The position numbers and the translations under genes are program-made. A DNA stretch of 63,420 bases, counting the filler, from Folioceros fuciformis (lineage: Eukaryota), in assembly GCA_049999805.1 (NCBI GenBank). It is 10 parts of 10 records of this genome, joined end to end, with 100 filler letters (N's around TTAATTAATTAA, not from the genome) between each part and the next. Parts side by side here need not be neighbours in the genome. Positions count along the whole stretch, not along the records: positions 23,222 to 31,498 come from JBNGIO010000947.1; positions 31,599 to 33,957 come from JBNGIO010000948.1; positions 34,058 to 39,723 come from JBNGIO010000949.1; 7 more parts are not named here. The stretch is one strand, 5' to 3'. Of this stretch, positions 24,261 to 36,949 are shown piece by piece; within the stretch, counting starts at the first letter, position 1, and each line of letters opens with the position of its first letter. Below the pieces are notes generated by a model. It ran no database searches. It had not been told where the DNA came from and saw nothing but the letters and a program-made list of their open reading frames with translations.

Positions 24261-27200
24261 ATGTGGCAGCTAATTCTGCTTCTTGCTGGCCTCCTGGCTC
24301 ACCAAACACGAGGTTTGCCCCATGCTCTTCCCATGCAAAGTTCATTTCTGCTCCAAGACTTGAAACCTGGGAGCAAGCGTTTTGAAAATGCTTGAATGTC
24401 TCCCTATCCAGGGGGGCCAGAGAGTTTCATCAACATCGACTGCGGCGCTGTGGCCAACTCCTCGTCCAGTGACTCTAACACAACCCTCGTCTACACCAGC
24501 GACGAGCGCTACATCTCCACGGGGTTCAGAGCATCTGTCGCCCGCCAGGCTGCAAACCGGACCCGCCACTTGCTTACCTTGCGCCACTTCCCGGCGTCGT
24601 CCACTCCCAGGAAGAATTGCTTCCAAATTCAGGTGCTTCCGGCTACCGTCTACCTGGTGCGCGCCTGGTTCTACTTCGGCAACTACACGAATCATACCAA
24701 TCCCGCGGATGACTTCATCCGATTTCAGGTGCTGTGTTCTCTCAAACATTTGGCACTATTGTCCAGAGTTCCAGCTCCGGGCACCAAAGCTGAGAAATGC
24801 CGAATCCTGCTGCCTGCAGCTGAGCGTGGACAGCACGGTCTGGACGGAAGTGAGCATCGACACGAGAATGGATGACCCCGTCTGGACTGAGGCTGTCGTC
24901 GGAACGGAAGCATCCAGGAGTGGGATGAGCGTTTGCCTGATCAGGACACACGGCAGCAGCACTCCTTTCATCAGCGCATTGGAGCTTCGGCCGCAGGCGA
25001 ATGGGAGTTACGTGGATCATTTCAAGAACCCCGCCGCCGTGCTGCTCAGGACGCTGGCTAGGGAGAATTTTGGAGCCAGGGAACGAGGCCCTCTCAGGTA
25101 CTTGCTCGCAATGTCCAACAGTCATTCCAGATAGCTGACAAGCTGTGACAGGGTGATGAACCTGATGGCTGCTGCTCACATCAATCCAGGTTCCCGCACG
25201 ATTACTACGATCGAATGTGGAACCCTGTAGGTGCAATCCCTGGCTCCCACACCAGGAGCATCTACGCACCACGGTATCCGAACGAGAAGATTGACAACAA
25301 CCTTGCAGCCGACTTGCCTCCAACCCGTGTCATGCAGTCTGCGCTCACAGGTCCTCGAATAAGCTATTCCAAACGGATTCTTGAGGGTGTCAAGCGAGTC
25401 TATGGCTACGCTTATGTTTGCGAGCTGAACGCCAGTCTCCCAGCAGGAACCAAGTACAATGCAGTAGCGCACCCCTGAAGTTTGGTTGGCATTTTCGTTT
25501 GAAATGTTTCGGATTTTGGCGAGATCTGACGGGTGATCTGAGCTTGTGTGAGGCAGGCGCAGAATCGACGTGACACCGAATACTGTGCGGCCGCCCGATG
25601 TTGAGGCATATTACGTCTGGAACATCACCGAATCAGCACACCCCTTCACTTCCCTCCCTTTCGGAGTGTACGACTACGAAATTGTGGAACATAACCTAAC
25701 GACCTTTCAGTTCAACCTCTCCCGAGACAAGACCTCCGACTATGACCCGCTCATCAATGCTTTTGAGTCGTTTGAGGTTCGAGATATGGTTCCTGGGACC
25801 AACTTTGGGGACGGTACGAGAATCATGGTCTTTCAACAACAGTTCCAGGGCCTGAGGCTAACTGATCAGCTTTTGAGTTAAGTGTTGATATTTTCTGTGT
25901 TTGCTCCTGCAGTCTCTGCCTTAGCAGGTTTGAGTTCTGCTCTTGGCTTCAACAATGAATGGAGTGGTGATCCTTGCTTTCCTGTCCCTTGGACTGAGCT
26001 TGACTGCAACAACGACCGCGTCACTTCTTTGTGAGTTGCCTTCCTGCAAGTTCTTTACAAGTTGCCCCTGTGCCTACGGACACATGTATGTTACTCATAA
26101 CAGGCTGCCGAAAGTTCGTAAGATTTTCATCATTCAATACATGCTTACTCCTAGGAATATCTCTGGAAAGGGTTACAGCGGCGAGATTCCTGCATCCATT
26201 GGGAGCTTCACTTATTTGGAAATCCTGTGAGTATAAGAAAGTCTTCCGTCAACATTTGTTGCGTGTCCATGGGATCTTGTGTGCGCTAAGGAAAGTGGCC
26301 GGTCCCAGGGACCTGTCCAACAACCACTTCTACGGCACAATCCCTACGTGGTTGGCAAATTTGACATCCTTACAAGTACTGTAAGTTGTTGCTGAAACGA
26401 AATTTATGTGTTTTCAACGTTCTTTTTTGAATCTGAACAAGCAATGGACGGCGTGGCTGATGTCTCCCATGATCCTGACAAGAATATCTGGACCAGAGAT
26501 GTTTCCAACAACGAACTGAATGGCACATTCCCGGCCTCGTTTATCACTAATATACGTGAATTCAGGTTGAGCTTGCTTTGGGCCGTGGAAGTGAGTGCAC
26601 TCGTCTTAAGTTCTGACTTCATAGGCTCGCACTCGATCTCACGACACTCCAGCAAATCGTTTGCAGGTACTCAGGGAACCCTGGCCTCCAATGTATTGGA
26701 CAAGACAACCCTGTATGCTCTCCAGCCCCTCCCTCGACGGGGGGAGTTTCGACCCCTTCAACACACAGGGCAGGAAGTTCGAGCTCGGTCGCAACTTACG
26801 TAGGCTGCGCGACTGGAGTCACTTTGGTCCTGTTTCTCGTTGGTGGCCTGGTTATCTGGTGGTGGCGTTCAGGACAGACCGAATCTCAACCGATTCTGAA
26901 AGTGCATTCAAGAACTGGTACAATCTTACGGACTGGAGAAATTGGTGCCATTTCGAATATATCTGTCATTTGGGCTGCCTGTGGAAACCGCATTGGGCTT
27001 GGCAGGATTTTCCACACCCAGTCCAAGAAGTTCGAGCGCGCATCCTCTTCAAGGAGAAAATCAGGCATACTCCTTGAACGCTATCAAACAGGCCACGGGC
27101 GATTTCGCAAACAAACTAGGCGAAGGTACGTTTGGGCCAGTATACTACGGCATCCTGCAACACGATCAAGAAATTGCTGTCAAAGTTCTGACTGGGAAGG

Positions 27201-28513
27201 CCCATGTGGGCATCAAGGCGGTATGTAGGTCAAGGCACTTACAGCAATCCAAGTCCCCCTTCGTGCTTAGTGCACAAGCCTAAACCCAGGATGTTAACCT
27301 TTTGCAGGTTCACCACCTCTCCACAGTGCACTACAAGCACCTGGTGTCCCTGGTGGGTTACAGCAAGCTGGGGAAAGACCTCATACTTGCGTATGAATAC
27401 ATGGCAGGAGGAGACTTGAAAACTCACCTCCACGGTCAGGCTCGACAACTCGCTTCTGTGGTTGATGTGACTTGCTAGCTAGTAAATGGTAGCACAGAAC
27501 TCAAACCAACCTGGATGTGCTCCCACAGGACCAGCCCAAGTACCGCTGACTTGGAGACAGAGACTGCAAATAGCATGCGATGCTGCCAAAGGTACACCGC
27601 CAGAGACCTTCCTTCACCTCTTCCCCGGACAAACCATTGTATAACACCCACCATCCGTGTGCAGGACTGGAATACCTGCACCACGGATGCAGCCCACCCA
27701 TCATCCACGGAGACGTGAGGAGTAGCAACATCCTGCTCACCCCCAAGCTGAAGGCCAAAGTGGCAGACTTCGGGGTGTCCAACCTCTTCGACGAGCGGGG
27801 AACGAACGTGGTCGCCATGGACAGAGGCAGGATGGCATACCTGGCCCCAGAGTAGGCACCACCCACACCCCACACTCCTCCATTCTTCCACCACGGTCCA
27901 GTAACCAACCCCTCCCTCCTGCCCTCCTGCTGCTGCAGGTGCACCACCAGCGGCATCCTCACCGTCAAAAGCGACGTCTTCAGCTTCGGCGTCGTCATGC
28001 TGGAAACTCTGTGCGGCCAGCCCCCCATCGCGGCAACAGGACCCACAAAATTCCTGGTCCACAGAGTACGTAATCCACCATCTCCCACCACTTACTCCTG
28101 GGCTCAAGCAAATCCCCCAGTTGACGCCCTCTTCCTTCTCCTCCCAGGTTCGCAACGCCATGCGCGCAGGAAGCATGGAGTCAATAGTCGACCCAACGCT
28201 CCTGAGGCAATACAACGTGGAGGCCGTATGGGGATTCGCAGAATGCGCCATCAGCTGCGTGGCCATCTCAGCCGCCGCCCGGCCCACCATGACCCAGGTG
28301 GTGCACGCCATCACCCAGACCCTGGAAACGGAGTTCACGACACAGGAAGAAGAGGCCTGGCAGCTGAGCGAGCCGGGCAGCCCCGTGCCGCCCGCCGTCA
28401 TCAACATCAGCTATACCTCCACCACAGACTCCAACGTACTTCCGTCCCAAGACCCCGTCCCCGATGAGCAGTCCAGAATATTCTACTCTCAAGAGCTTCC
28501 CCGTGCTAGGTAG
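24261..28513 (+). CDS. Malectin-like-domain LRR receptor-like kinase (LRR-I type) with a degenerate kinase domain
   Basis: Signal peptide MWQLILLLAGLL. Malectin-like motifs FINIDCG, LTLRHFP...NCF, TPFISALELRP, PTRVMQSA, PLINAFE. Then WSGDPCFPVPWTELDC, LRR exons (GYSGEIP, DLSNNHFYGTIP, DVSNNELNGTFP), a TM segment (TLVLFLVGGLVIWWW), and kinase motifs LGEGTFGPVYYG, AVKVL, HGDVRSSN, ADFG, YLAPE, SDVFSFG, RPTM. Confidence 0.9.
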
Positions 28514-28959
28514 CTGGTGCCGTGAAAAATTTCCAATCGAGCTTGAGCCGTGTTCTTCCTTTCTTCCAGGGAGGAAAAGTCCGAATATTGAGGCACAGGG
28601 AGTCCCTGTGCCTCAATGTTCGGGAATTTCCTTGTACAGTACTGTCCTTCCTCCCTCGTCCTTCCTCCCTCCCTCTCCCTGTGCTTCGATGTTGTTCTTT
28701 CCTTCGTTGGCTGTAAAACTATTTCTTGACTTTTGAGCACGTTGGCTGGTGTGGTTTGAGGTGACCGCGACCCAACCAACGTGCTTCTTTACTGCTGCCG
28801 ATTCTTCAGCCGATTGATTCCTCAAGGGCGTATTGTATTCTATGTTGGGTAGTTGTCAAAACCCGACACTAGGTTCTTCAGCCGATTGATTCCTCAAGGG
28901 TTTGATTAGGAATCGTCACGTCTCTCGGACATGACGTTGGTGCTCTAGGTTTCGAGACG

Positions 28960-29055
28960 AGTATGTTCATCCATGCAGTTGAGAAGAATACGTTCATCCA
29001 TGGGGTTGAGAAGAGTATGTCCATCCATGGGGTTGAGAAGAGTATGTCCATCCAT
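28960..29055. repeat. 27-bp tandem repeat, about 3.5 copies
   Basis: Unit GTATGTCCATCCATGGGGTTGAGAAGA. Confidence 0.8.
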
Positions 29056-29144
29056 TGGTGATGCTAAATGAAGATGTGTTGCATACCCAGATGTGATGAA
29101 GACTTGGGGAGTTGAGGAGTGTGGAGTGGTGCAGTGAGCAGTGT

Positions 29145-30012
29145 GTGGAACAATGGAGTGGTGTGGGCATAAAGTAGAGGAGTGTTGGGCGTGGAACAAT
29201 GGAGTGGTGTGGGCATAGAGTAGAGAATTGTCGAGCGGCGTGGAACAATGGAGTGGTGTGGGCATAGAGTAGAGAAATGTCGAGTAATAGGCACAATGGA
29301 GTGGTGCGGGTGTAGAGTACAGGAATGTGGAGTGATGAGTACAATGAAGTGGTGTGGGTGTAGAGTAGAGGAATGTGGAGCGATGAGCACAATGGAGTGG
29401 TGTGGGGCGAAGAATAGAGGAATGTGGAGTAATGGGCACAATGAAGTGGTATGGGCATAGAGTAGGGGAATGTGGAGCGACGGCCACAATGGAGTGGTAT
29501 GGGGCATAGAATAGAGGAATGTGGAGCGATGAGCACAATAAAGTGGTGTGGGCGTAGAGTAGAGGAATGTGGAGCGACGAGCACAATGGAGTGGTGTGAG
29601 GCGAAGAATAGAGAAATGTGGAGTGATGGGCACAATGAAGTGTGGGCGTAGAGTAGGGGAATATGGAGCGACGGCCACAATGGAGTGGTATGGGGTGTAG
29701 AATAGAGGAATGTGGAGCTATGGGCACAATGAATTGGTGTGGGCGTAGAGTAGAGGAATGTGGAGCGATGGACACAATGGAGTGGTGTGGGGCGTAGAAC
29801 AAAGGAATGTGGAGCGATGGGCATAATCAAGTGGAGTGGGCATAGAGTAGAGGAATGTGGAGCACTAGACACAATAGAGTAGTGTGGGGCGTAGACTAGA
29901 GAAATGTGGAGCAACGGGCATAATGAAGTGGTGTGGGGCGTAGAATAGAGAAATGTGGAACGACGAGCATAGTGGAGTGGTGTTGGGCGTAAAATAGAGG
30001 GATGTGGAGCAA
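29145..30012. repeat. Purine-rich 48/49-bp satellite, about 18 copies, with a 97-bp dimeric higher-order structure
   Basis: Unit approximately GCACAATG(A/G)AGTGGTGTGG(G)GCGTAGA(G/A)TAGAGGAATGTGGAGCGAYG. Copies start at 29342, 29390, 29439, 29487, 29536, 29584, 29633 and onward. Confidence 0.95.
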
Positions 30013-30239
30013 CATTGTGTAAGAGTAATATAAAGTAACAACGTGGTGTAGGAGTAATATAAGGTAACATGATTGAGCACAGGTAAGAGGGATGTGAGAG
30101 ATCTAGGGGTGATGTGATAGTGTGATGTAGGAGCAGTATAAATCAACAATATGAGTACTATAAGGGCGAGGCAAGACGGCTATAGGAATGGTATAGTAAA
30201 GTGGCATCAGAATGGTATAGTAACATAATGGAGCAAGTA

Positions 30240-30465
30240 ATTAGGGCTAAGGTTTAGCGACATGGCGGAATCATCTTAGGATTTAGCGTCATGGCAGAGT
30301 AGTGGAGATTTACAGTTTGGCGGTATAGCAGAGCAAAATGGGTTTAGGGTCATGGCAAATGACAATGGGTTTAGGGTCATGGCAAATGACAATGGGTTAG
30401 GGTTTAACGACATGCTAGAGCAAAATGGATATACCAGGTAGATTACAATGGTTTTAGGGTCAAGT
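30240..30465. repeat. Degenerate 27-bp repeats containing plant telomere-like GGGTTTA motifs
   Basis: aatgggtttagggtcatggcaaatgac occurs twice, plus gggttagggtttaa and ggttttagggt. Confidence 0.55.
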
Positions 30466-30756
30466 GGCATATCAAAGCATAATGGTATAGAGCGGAGCAC
30501 ATGGAGAGCATTGTAGGGTTACATATTACACCGAGGAGGGCATAGAGTGGAGCATACAAAGAGGAGCATAGGGTTATGGATTACAATAAGGAGTACTAAC
30601 TAACTATATTATGGTTTTCTACATTTCTAGAATTTCATCAACTATCAATTCACATAATAGGCTTTTTGAAGGTTTTTCACTTATTAATAATATTATTATT
30701 ATTGCAAGGTCTCTATATCTTTTTACAAGGCTTTTTTATGCCTCTATCATATGGCG

Positions 30757-31270
30757 CATGCCGCCCAACTCAACCTTTATCGGTTACGGACACCCTTGCC
30801 CAATGTATTCTCAACTTTATTCCGAGGTTAAGGAAGTGGATTGCCAGATTGGTCCAAAGCATAAGGACTTCAACAGGAACACTTGGATGGCACAAGTGCG
30901 ACTTGCTTCTTCTTCCAAACCATTTGCCATTCCTCTTCTAACAAATCCCCAAGGGCCACCCCCAGAGGCTTGGTTGTGGATTCAAGCGCAATCTAATCAC
31001 TTGCTTGCTCTTTTCCATGCTCATTTTTCATGTCTTCGCCCCTTTCAATGTTTACCTAGCCGCCTACATGATGATATTCGTCTTGCTTATCAACTTCCCT
31101 TCGATTGCCTTGATGGGAACTTGAGGGATAAAGATGCTTGGATTTTGTTCATTTTTCTCCCTAGATAGTGCCTTTGGCGCTCTAAAGGTGGTCTTTTAGG
31201 TCATAGGCAGGTGGCCTCTCAACTTTGTCATTTTTTATCTGGAGATTGGCAAGCTCTTCGAAAGGAGGAT
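30757..31270 (+). mobile_element. Possible N-terminal fragment of a CRE/R2-like non-LTR retrotransposon ORF
   Basis: Reads AWILFIFLPR*CLWRSKGGLLGHRQVASQLCHFLSGDWQAL, resembling the LLPRxxL...RGG...RF.xG.W motif I recall upstream of the RT in such elements. Has an internal stop. Confidence 0.35.
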
Positions 31271-31498
31271 TGTGGAGTTAAAATATGGTACCCGGGGGTA
31301 CCGCGAGGTCCACACAAGCCCTCTATGTCGTTGTAGCTCTGGGATTCGATCTCAAGGGAATGATTTGTGTTAAACTACACAGGTTAGCTTCTAAATTCAA
31401 TTAACACCTAAAGCTCGACTGACCCACACATATACGTCCAGTGCTCGGACCTTACCAAGCCCCCTTACTTCTCCCACCAGACGACCCCTCAACCACCC

Positions 31499-31598
31499 NN
31501 NNNNNNNNNNNNNNNNNNNNNNNNNNNNNNNNNNNNNNNNNNTTAATTAATTAANNNNNNNNNNNNNNNNNNNNNNNNNNNNNNNNNNNNNNNNNNNN
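31499..31598. other. Artificial contig linker
   Basis: N44-TTAATTAATTAA-N44. Confidence 0.98.
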
Positions 31599-31859
31599 GA
31601 TGGCCATGCCAAGGTATGGTTGTTGTAATTTCTGGAGTCTATGTGGGAGGATGTTTGGGGAATTGGGGGAAACACGTTCTCTTTCACAGACCTCTTGCAT
31701 GGTCTGTGGCAGAGCTTGGGTTTGTGTAGTGAATTGGGTAGTGTTGCATTGTAATCATTCTTTGCTGGATAGCGCAACTAATACATTTGGTTCCTACCAA
31801 GGTTTCACTTCACTTGCTTCTTGTTCTTCTTGGGGGGTGAGAAAAAGGGTGCCACTCTC

Positions 31860-32620
31860 TTCATCTTGTTGTCCCCCATCTTGCTTTGCAAGGAGAAGAG
31901 AGATGGCTGCTCGCCACCTATGAGCTGCAAATCTTGTGCAATGACCTGTTTCAAAGATAATAGAGTTTGTTCTAAGAGAATCGACGCATGGGATTGCAGC
32001 TAAGGATACTGTTTGGTGAGGTCAGATATCTCATCCATAATGGTCTTCACAGACCTCATGTTGCCTTTTAGTGTGTAACCAGCCAGGCACGTCTCCCCTT
32101 TTTCAGCAGTCTTAGAGCTTGTAACCTGCACTTGCTCAACAATATTCTCAGGCATCATGGTAGGTGCTTCTTGGCTCAATTGTTCTTATGTCTCATACAT
32201 TGCAGAGCATATGTTCAATGTAGTATTTGGCTCTCGTATGATAATTCCGTTTGTTGCCACATATTGTCAATTCATGGCAGATGTAGTTGAAAATACTCCC
32301 ATCAATTGTTGAACCTTGACAACATGTTTGCAAAGGAATCTTTCTTGACCTTGAGGACATGTGAAAGTTGCCCACATGCTTCCTGGATTGTCAATGTGAT
32401 AAGACTTGAGTGCATTTGTACATGAGACACAATAAGCAGCATCATAGGGACCCAAAGGCAATGTAACTTGAGAATCTAAAATTCCCGCCGCATGCTCTAC
32501 AACATGTGTGTGCATCAGCTCCTGCTTTTTGTTCACAACGTACCACAATGATTGCGATACCAAAAATGATTTGCCACTAGAAAGCACAATTGGTGAAGTA
32601 ACCAATCAATTCTTCAACCT
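31860..32620 (-). mobile_element. Decayed MULE/Mutator-type transposase C-terminal region with SWIM zinc finger
   Basis: RIDWLLHQL...HFWY followed, after a frameshift, by ATFTCPQGQERFLCKHVVKV (SWIM CxC...CxH with the first Cys mutated). Confidence 0.6.
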
Positions 32621-32989
32621 CTAAGGCTCAACTTTGAAGAAGCTAATCCGACCCTCGCTTGCAAAGGAAGCGCTTACCCGACCTTAGGCTCTATTCGGAT
32701 GATGGGGTTGAGGTCGGATGAGCGGCCACCGATGAAGGTGGTGCTGCCAAGGGCCTAGCTTGGGGGCTCAATGGAGGCGATGAGCCCCCACGGGTGGCTC
32801 AACAGTTGGCACATGGGCGGCCGTGGTCGGTACGTGCTCTAATAAACGGTGGTGAAGGATCCTAATCTATCTGACGCTAGCCGAACAAAAGTTGAGGCAA
32901 AGACAGACTCGCAGGTACGGGTACCTGAGGTGGATTATGCTCAAGAATAGGCACAGGCAGACGCTCCTCAAGAATATGCCTTGGTTTCG

Positions 32990-33420
32990 GCAAAAGAGGG
33001 TCCAGGTCTTGAGCTGGGTCCTCTGGCGGATGTTCTCACTGAAGCGAGGTACTTTCAACAGCTCTGTTGTGGGGCGGCTGCTGTCCGGAGGCCCTCCTAC
33101 CGTGGAGGAGCTAGAGGACTGGGTGGCTCAAGTAACGGGGTGCCCTCCAGCATAGGTGCCCTCCAGCATAGGTTTTCCTGAGGGCCGATGGTTCTTTCCA
33201 GATTAATTGTGACGAGGCAGCGGGAGCGGAGGCAATCTTACACACAATGCTGTCATTCCGAGGTTCCATCCCGGTGCTGGTGGAGGCCTGGTCTCCTGGG
33301 AATACAATCGATGGGCATCTCAGAGGCGATACTGGGTGCTCGAAGTGAGCCTCCCACTCAGTTAGGTTTCTCTTGTGTTTCCCTGGACACTGTTCCTGAG
33401 GGGGTGGAAGCCCGGTCTGT
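32990..33420 (+). mobile_element. Possible L1 LINE ORF1 remnant (DUF4283-like)
   Basis: NSSVVGRLLSGGPPTVEELEDWV, then after a 16-bp duplication (GGTGCCCTCCAGCATA twice, about 33139-33170) VFLRADGSFQINC...PVLVEAWSPG. Confidence 0.4.
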
Positions 33421-33957
33421 ACCCTCTGGTAAGCATGCGGAGTGTGGGAATCTTCTGGCAGATGGTAAGGAAGCAGTTCAGCGAGTATGGAGACAGGCGC
33501 GCAAGCCTGAAGTCCTGAGTCCGAGGAAAACATCTGGGACATGCCTTCATGGGGATTTTTTACGGGACGGTCAGAGCTTTAAGGTCGGTGAGCCCACAGG
33601 GCCTGACACTAGGCTGGAGTCGGGGGACTCGGTGTCGCACTAGGGGGAGGTTGAGGTCTGCCGGAATACCACGAATCGACAACAGGAGCCAGGGCTAGGC
33701 AGTGGTCTTGATCACTGTAAAGGACTGGGGGCTAGCGCTGCTTTTCTGGCCAAGCAAGGAGAGGAGAATCCTGAATCGGACAAAACGCATACAAGGGGAA
33801 GGGTGGCGCAGGAAAGGGACACTGGGGAGTCACTGGGTGTAGGGAGAAGAGCGGGATCTTTGGCCCAGGAGGGACCCTTGGCTTAGGCTTTGGACACTCG
33901 TCACTCTGGCCTTCCGGCGGTGGGTTCTGGATTCCTCTCCTTGCCGACAAGGGGGGA

Positions 33958-34057
33958 NNNNNNNNNNNNNNNNNNNNNNNNNNNNNNNNNNNNNNNNNNN
34001 NTTAATTAATTAANNNNNNNNNNNNNNNNNNNNNNNNNNNNNNNNNNNNNNNNNNNN
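33958..34057. other. Artificial contig linker
   Basis: N44-TTAATTAATTAA-N44. Confidence 0.98.
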
Positions 34058-36015
34058 CTCAAATACTCATAGCAGCCCAAGACCTAGGTGAACCAACATC
34101 CTACAAAGAAGCCATAAACTCACCAGAGAAGGAGCAATGGCAAGCAGCGATCAAATCAGAATTTGATTCCCTCATTGAGAACGAGACTTGGGAATTAGTT
34201 GATTTACCCCAAGGAAGGAGGCCGATTTCAAACAAATGGGTGTTCAAGAGGAAACTCAACCTTGATGGCAGCACAGCTAGGTTCAAAGCTAGACTAGTGG
34301 TGCGTGGATTCTCACAAAGAGAAGGGATAGACTACAATGAGACTTTCTCTCCTCTTGTACGTGCGTCATCATTAAGGACACTCATGGTTGTTGCTGCTCA
34401 CAAAGGTTACCACATCCACCAGATGGATGTACAAATAGCTTTCCTTAATGGCCTCCTTGAAGAAGAGGTATACATGATGCAGCCTGAAGGCTATATTGAT
34501 GCCAAGCACCCAAGCAAGGTTTGTAGGCTGAAGAAAACCCAGTATGGCCTCAAACAATCAAATCGTGGGTGGAACTTGAGGTTGCACACATACCTTGTAA
34601 GGAGAGGGTTTAAGCAATCAGATGCTGATGGCAGTGTCTATGTATACAAGAAGCAAGGGCAGACTGCCTACCTAGCGGTGTACGTTGATGACACAATCAT
34701 TTTTGGATCCGATGATGGCATGATAAAAGAGGTAAAAGGCATCCTGTCATCGGAATTCAAAATGACAGATTTGGGCCCTTGCAAATTCTTCCTAGGTGTC
34801 CAAGCATTCATGAACCGAGTGACGGGAAGCATATTTCTCCACTAGCAGCATTATGTGAACAGGTTACTTGAGAAGCTCAACATGCAAAATGCGAAACCAG
34901 CAGCAACTCCAGCTGTAGTGGGGGCTACCTTGACACAAGATCAATGTCCCAAGACAATTGCTGAGCAGAAGGAGATGGAGAATATACCATACAGAGTTCT
35001 TGTAGGGTGTCTGCTATGGCTGAGTGGCTGGACCAGACCAGATATTGCCCATGCAACATCAATTGCCTCACAATTCTTAGCTAACCCTGGACAGCAGCAT
35101 TGGATAGCTGCTAAGCGTGTCCTTAGGTACTTGAAAGGCACATCTGACCTAGGACTTTTGTATAGCAAGAAAGGGGTTGATGGAAGGACCTGGATGGAGT
35201 GCAAGACGGACTTTGATTGGGCTGGTGATAAGGACTCACGTAGGTCCATATCTGCATATTGTATTAAGGTGTGTGGTGGCCTCGTTAGCTGGTTTTCAAA
35301 GAAGCAAACAATGGTTGCACTATCGTCTACGGAGGCCGAATATGCAGCAGCCACAACTGCAGCTCAAGAAGTTATGCACTTACGGAATTTCCTGGAAACT
35401 CTAGGTTACCAGCAACAGGAGCCAACACCAATGTATTGCGACAATCAGTCTGCCATTGCCATAGCCAGGAATCCTATCTCGCATGCTCGTACGAGACATG
35501 TGGAGGTGAAACAGCATTTCATAAGAAATGCGATTGCCATCAAGATAATCAGTCTCAGTTACATCCCCACAAATGACAATACAGTTGATTTATTGACCAA
35601 GGCTCTAGCAAAAGAAAAACATAACTTGCATGTTGTTGGACTTGGCTTGAGACACAGGTCTGACATTGAAGCCGAGAAGAAGGAAGATGAAGTGATCAAA
35701 TAAATCGGTGGCGGCTGACGGCTACGACTAAGTGGGGGTGTGAAGTGAAGCCTAGGAATAGTCTAGCATCAGCTAGTCAACAATTAGGTTAAGCTAAATG
35801 AGCTTTAGCTAGGGCTAGATAGCCTAATGTGAAAAGACACATAAACACAAAAAATACCTAACCGCCATGGCGTATGGCACAAGACACAAGACCTTGCTTT
35901 GTTATTACTACTACTACACACGATCATTCTCAATGCAAAAAGATGGCTCTGATTTTTGTATAGCAGAACTTCGTCAACTACATGGATTGTCTTCATCACC
36001 AACAGCCTATTAACA
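34058..36015 (+). mobile_element. Ty1/copia retrotransposon 3' part (RT, RNase H, PPT, 3' LTR), nearly intact
   Basis: Motifs EPTSYKEA, NETWELVDLP, KWVFKRK, FKARLVVRGF, AFLNG, VYVDD, TRPDIA, D(F)DWAGD, SSTEAEY, RTRHVEVKQHFIR. One in-frame TAG at 34843. PPT AAGTGGGGG near 35730, then TG...TAACA at about 35739-36015. Confidence 0.93.
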
Positions 36016-36949
36016 ATTCAGCGGGCCACTGCTTTGATTTGTGGGTTCACGATGTCATGAATCAACTACCCGTTGGTAGTTTTGGTGGAGTCTGCCGCCA
36101 GGAGCGCTGCTGCCGCTTCACTAGCTCCATGTTGTGCTGTGAATAGAGGTAGAGTCTGCCACGCTCTTCTGTTAGACATCGATATACCTCTCGCATCATT
36201 TGGACAGTCCACAACGTGGGATTGTCCCGGATTTTTGCCGAGGCAGCCTTGCCCCGAGCGCACTGCAGATGGGTCACCCAAAGTCTCGGATGATTGCCGT
36301 GGAGTTGATGGTCCAGGGAAACTAAAAAATTCCTAATTCCTAATTCCCACAACTCCAGAGGTCCCTTGCTACTGCTATCCATGGTGCAAAGTTGGGGTAG
36401 GAGCGTGTTTGAATTTGCTTTGCTTTGAGCCTCCATGTGTTGCCGACCTCAAGAAACTACCCTAGCGGAGGAGTCCTATGGGTTGAAGACAAGGGAGAAG
36501 TCCCTGAAGGCTTCAACGCACCGACTTTCGCATGAAGCATGGAGAGCATCGAGGTTGTGGAGAAAGCTAGAAAGTCACAAGGTTTTGGAAGACGGAGTGG
36601 AGCAAGAGATGAACAGAGGGAAAGCAAAGAGTCGAAATGAGGTTCTAGAGTGATGGCGGGAGGGAGAAAAAGTCGGGTGGAGCCTATTGGCTAGCGTACA
36701 CTAGCATAAAAATTTACACTTGAACGCACAATTACACCTACAACCATCCGGGACAGTTACGCCCCTGCCTTTTGCATGATGTCAAGGTACTGGATCTTGC
36801 ATGGATCATCCTTACTATCAGTCAGTTCATCCAGTGAGCGACCAGCAGTCTGACATGCCTTCTACTTCGAAGATCCTAGGCTGCCAAAAAAAGCCATTTA
36901 TTAGAAAAACCAAATTTTGTACTTACTCCGGATACGAGTCCAGTGGATC

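Noticed and set aside
28945-30070. Long His/Pro/Thr-rich ORFs (285-358 aa) and a CRISPR-like appearance
   Set aside because: The ORFs arise from a stop-poor satellite strand whose 97-bp period is not a multiple of 3. There are no unique spacers and no cas genes, and the context is eukaryotic.
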